A stretch of DNA of 64,000 nt from Chrysemys picta bellii (taxonomy: Eukaryota): contig NC_088810.1 in assembly GCF_011386835.1 (NCBI RefSeq), positions 23,002,001 to 23,066,000 on the forward strand. The letters are read 5' to 3'. The translations under genes were made by a program, and so were the position numbers. Positions 61,834 to 64,000 of this stretch are shown piece by piece. The notes beneath the pieces were generated by a model. It had not been told where the DNA came from, made no database searches, and saw only the letters and a list, made by a program, of their open reading frames with translations. Position 1 is the first letter of the stretch; each line of letters begins with the position of its first letter.

Positions 61834-62878
61834 TTTATGCCCTCAGACCTTGTCATTAACCCCAAAAACTATTTTCTTGAATGGGCAACTCCTCTAATTA
61901 TTGTAATAGCTTTGATCATAGTTAATGATTACTAGTCAATTCACTGTCCCACATAGGATGACATGCATGCTACTGCTTGTACCCTTTCATCTTGAATCTT
62001 TATGGGCCTGATATCTTCATGGGATTATCCCACTGACTTTCTTGGAGTCAACACGGGAATCAATCCAGCTGCAGTACTTTCATTCTGCTTTGAAGAACTT
62101 CAGAGTATGAGGGTGTCTCAGAGATGTATCACTTGTACAATCTGCTGTCACGGACAAAATTCCATGTTAGTTTTTTATACCCAGACTTGTATCTAATTAG
62201 CGCAAGGCGGAGTTTACCCTTGGAACTCCTTGGAGGAACAGAGGCATTAATCTGCATGCTTGGAATACCTACCCATAACTATCCCCAAACATGTGTTTGC
62301 GCCAACATGCTTTTGAAATCCCTGGATGTCTTTCTAACCAGTTCAATGGCCTTCAAATCAGGCCTTTTCGCTTACAATACTCTCCTGGACTCACAGCCAA
62401 TACATGACCTATTAAAAACTTCAGTACCTGCTAAGCTTTCAAAGTAGACCTGAAGCAGGATTGAATAGGTACATATGTCTTTGTGTTCTACCTATGCCCA
62501 GAAATGACATTAAGCCTAATGCGCTTAGACATTCCAATCTGAAATGAAATCCTGTCAAGTGATCAGTGCTTTAGAGTTACAAACTCAGCTGATGATCAAA
62601 ATAGAGCACATAAGGTCTACTTAATGCACTCATTCCCCTAAGTTGCAGCGAAAAGTGGCAGTAGGTGAAAGGAAAAAGTGCAATGTTGTATTAAAGCTTG
62701 GAATTAAAGTCTTGGAACTGCATCTCCATCCAGGACCTAAGAGGACAATGATGTTCTTCTGGGACAATGCTGCTAAGAAAGCCCAGGAAGAATCACATGA
62801 CAGATGGTAATGAAGCCCACTGTCACAAACACATTGAATAAGTTTGTTCTCCCACAGATATCAAGAACACAACAACAA

Positions 62879-63064
62879 ATAGCTCAGTGGTTTGAGCATT
62901 GGCCTGCTAAACCCAAGTTGTGAGTTCAATCCTTGAGGGGGCCACTTGGGGATCTGGGGCAAAATCAGTACTTGGTCCTGCTAGTGAAGGCAGGGGGCTG
63001 GACTCGATGACCTTTCAAGGTTTCTTTTAGTTCTAGGAGATGGGATATCTCCATTTATTTATTT
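62879..63064 (+). mobile_element. tRNA-derived SINE (paralog)
   Basis: Same site; near-identical sequence. Confidence 0.85.
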
Positions 63065-63887
63065 AAAGTCACTTTTGGGACTCAGGACTCCTATGCAATT
63101 ACTTCAGTAAAGGAGTTTAATGTCTTTTAATGTAGCTTGACACTCAGCACCTCAAATGACCTTCATTTTTTAAAGTGAATTGGCATGAGCATGACAAAAG
63201 TGACAGAACAAGGCAATCTTGAACCTCTGCCACCCTTTTGGATTTACTCTTGATGGAGCTCTCGAGCCCTGCTCTGGCACCATTTTTACACCCATGTTGC
63301 AGTACTGTAAAGGAAAACACTAGCTTCAGGGTGGTGGAGAATAAGGCACTTTGGTTTCATTTCAGAACACATTCTGTAAGTATTTGGGTCCTGACGTTTT
63401 TCTCCCTTGGCCGTCCAATGCTGTCCTGCAGCGGGGTGTTGACCTGCTAGGTTAGATTTGTTTTCGTGGATGGATGCCCGGGGCTTCTTGCTCCTCTCCA
63501 TCAATTATAGCCAGCTTGGCATTGGGTAATGGTATGAGTATCGCCTCTGGCTCTAAGGAGCCCTCTGATTGGCTGGGAGATAGCTGCACACGTCTCTACC
63601 CCTTTGCTTCAGCCTGAGAAGGAGCAAATAGCGATTTAGTCTTTCTTTTGAATGTAGAAATGTTGGAATGTGTGGAAACCCAAACAGAATTTGACTTGAC
63701 CGGAAAATTTGGCTCGAAGCAGCCATGTGCTGGTGGGCAACATTTAGGGCAAGCTTTTGTTTTTATCCTCAGCAGACTGAATGGGCACATATCTGCTGAA
63801 TCTATATGGTTCTGATGTTGATATCACTATCTGGTTTTCTTTGTGTTGCGTATGTGCCAATATAATGCATCATAATTTTGTAACATA

Positions 63888-64000
63888 CAGTAGAACCTCA
63901 GGGTTATGGACACTGGAGTTACCAACTGACCGGTCAACCACACACCTCATTTGGAACCAGAAGTATGCAATCAGGCAGCAGCGGAGGCAACAACAACAAG
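63888..64000. mobile_element. Tigger-like MITE, cut by the window end
   Basis: TA-CAGTAGAACCTC start. Confidence 0.65.

Larger units (their letters stand above)
33850..64000 (-). repeat. Head-to-tail tandem array of type B gene units (about 5.7-6.7 kb)
   Basis: CDS coordinates 34617, 40293, 46045, 52697; spacers share the MITE, CR1 and promoter modules. Confidence 0.9.

Overview
Eukaryotic, intron- and retrotransposon-rich DNA: part of a corneous beta-protein (beta-keratin) gene cluster of the sauropsid epidermal differentiation complex. It is most likely from a turtle, judged from the Gly/Tyr/Pro-rich CBP type, the tortoise-type tRNA-derived SINE and the CR1/MITE content. There are 11 intact single-exon CBP reading frames of two types. 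Type A: five 132-aa genes at 4-27 kb in alternating +/- orientation, inside a roughly 10-11.5 kb segmental repeat. Type B: six 156-182-aa genes at 34-61 kb, all on the minus strand in tandem units of about 5.7-6.7 kb. A dismembered CBP remnant lies at about 31.7-33.8 kb. Ten genes have the full EDC layout (CACCC-CCAAT-TATA, short non-coding exon 1, 0.5-0.65 kb intron, coding exon 2). Most notable: (1) a near-identical 7967-bp tandem duplication whose junction (53435/53442) leaves one CDS without promoter or exon 1 and its neighbour without its distal poly(A) signal, which could put two alternative coding exons under one promoter; (2) a Penelope-type insertion carrying an apparently intact minimal hammerhead ribozyme between two divergent promoters; (3) MITEs at identical paralogous sites, one pair much more diverged than its flanks; (4) modular 12/14-aa tail repeats and mosaic promoter, SINE and CR1 markers. 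All counts and alignments were done by eye; TE boundaries without a TSD are approximate.
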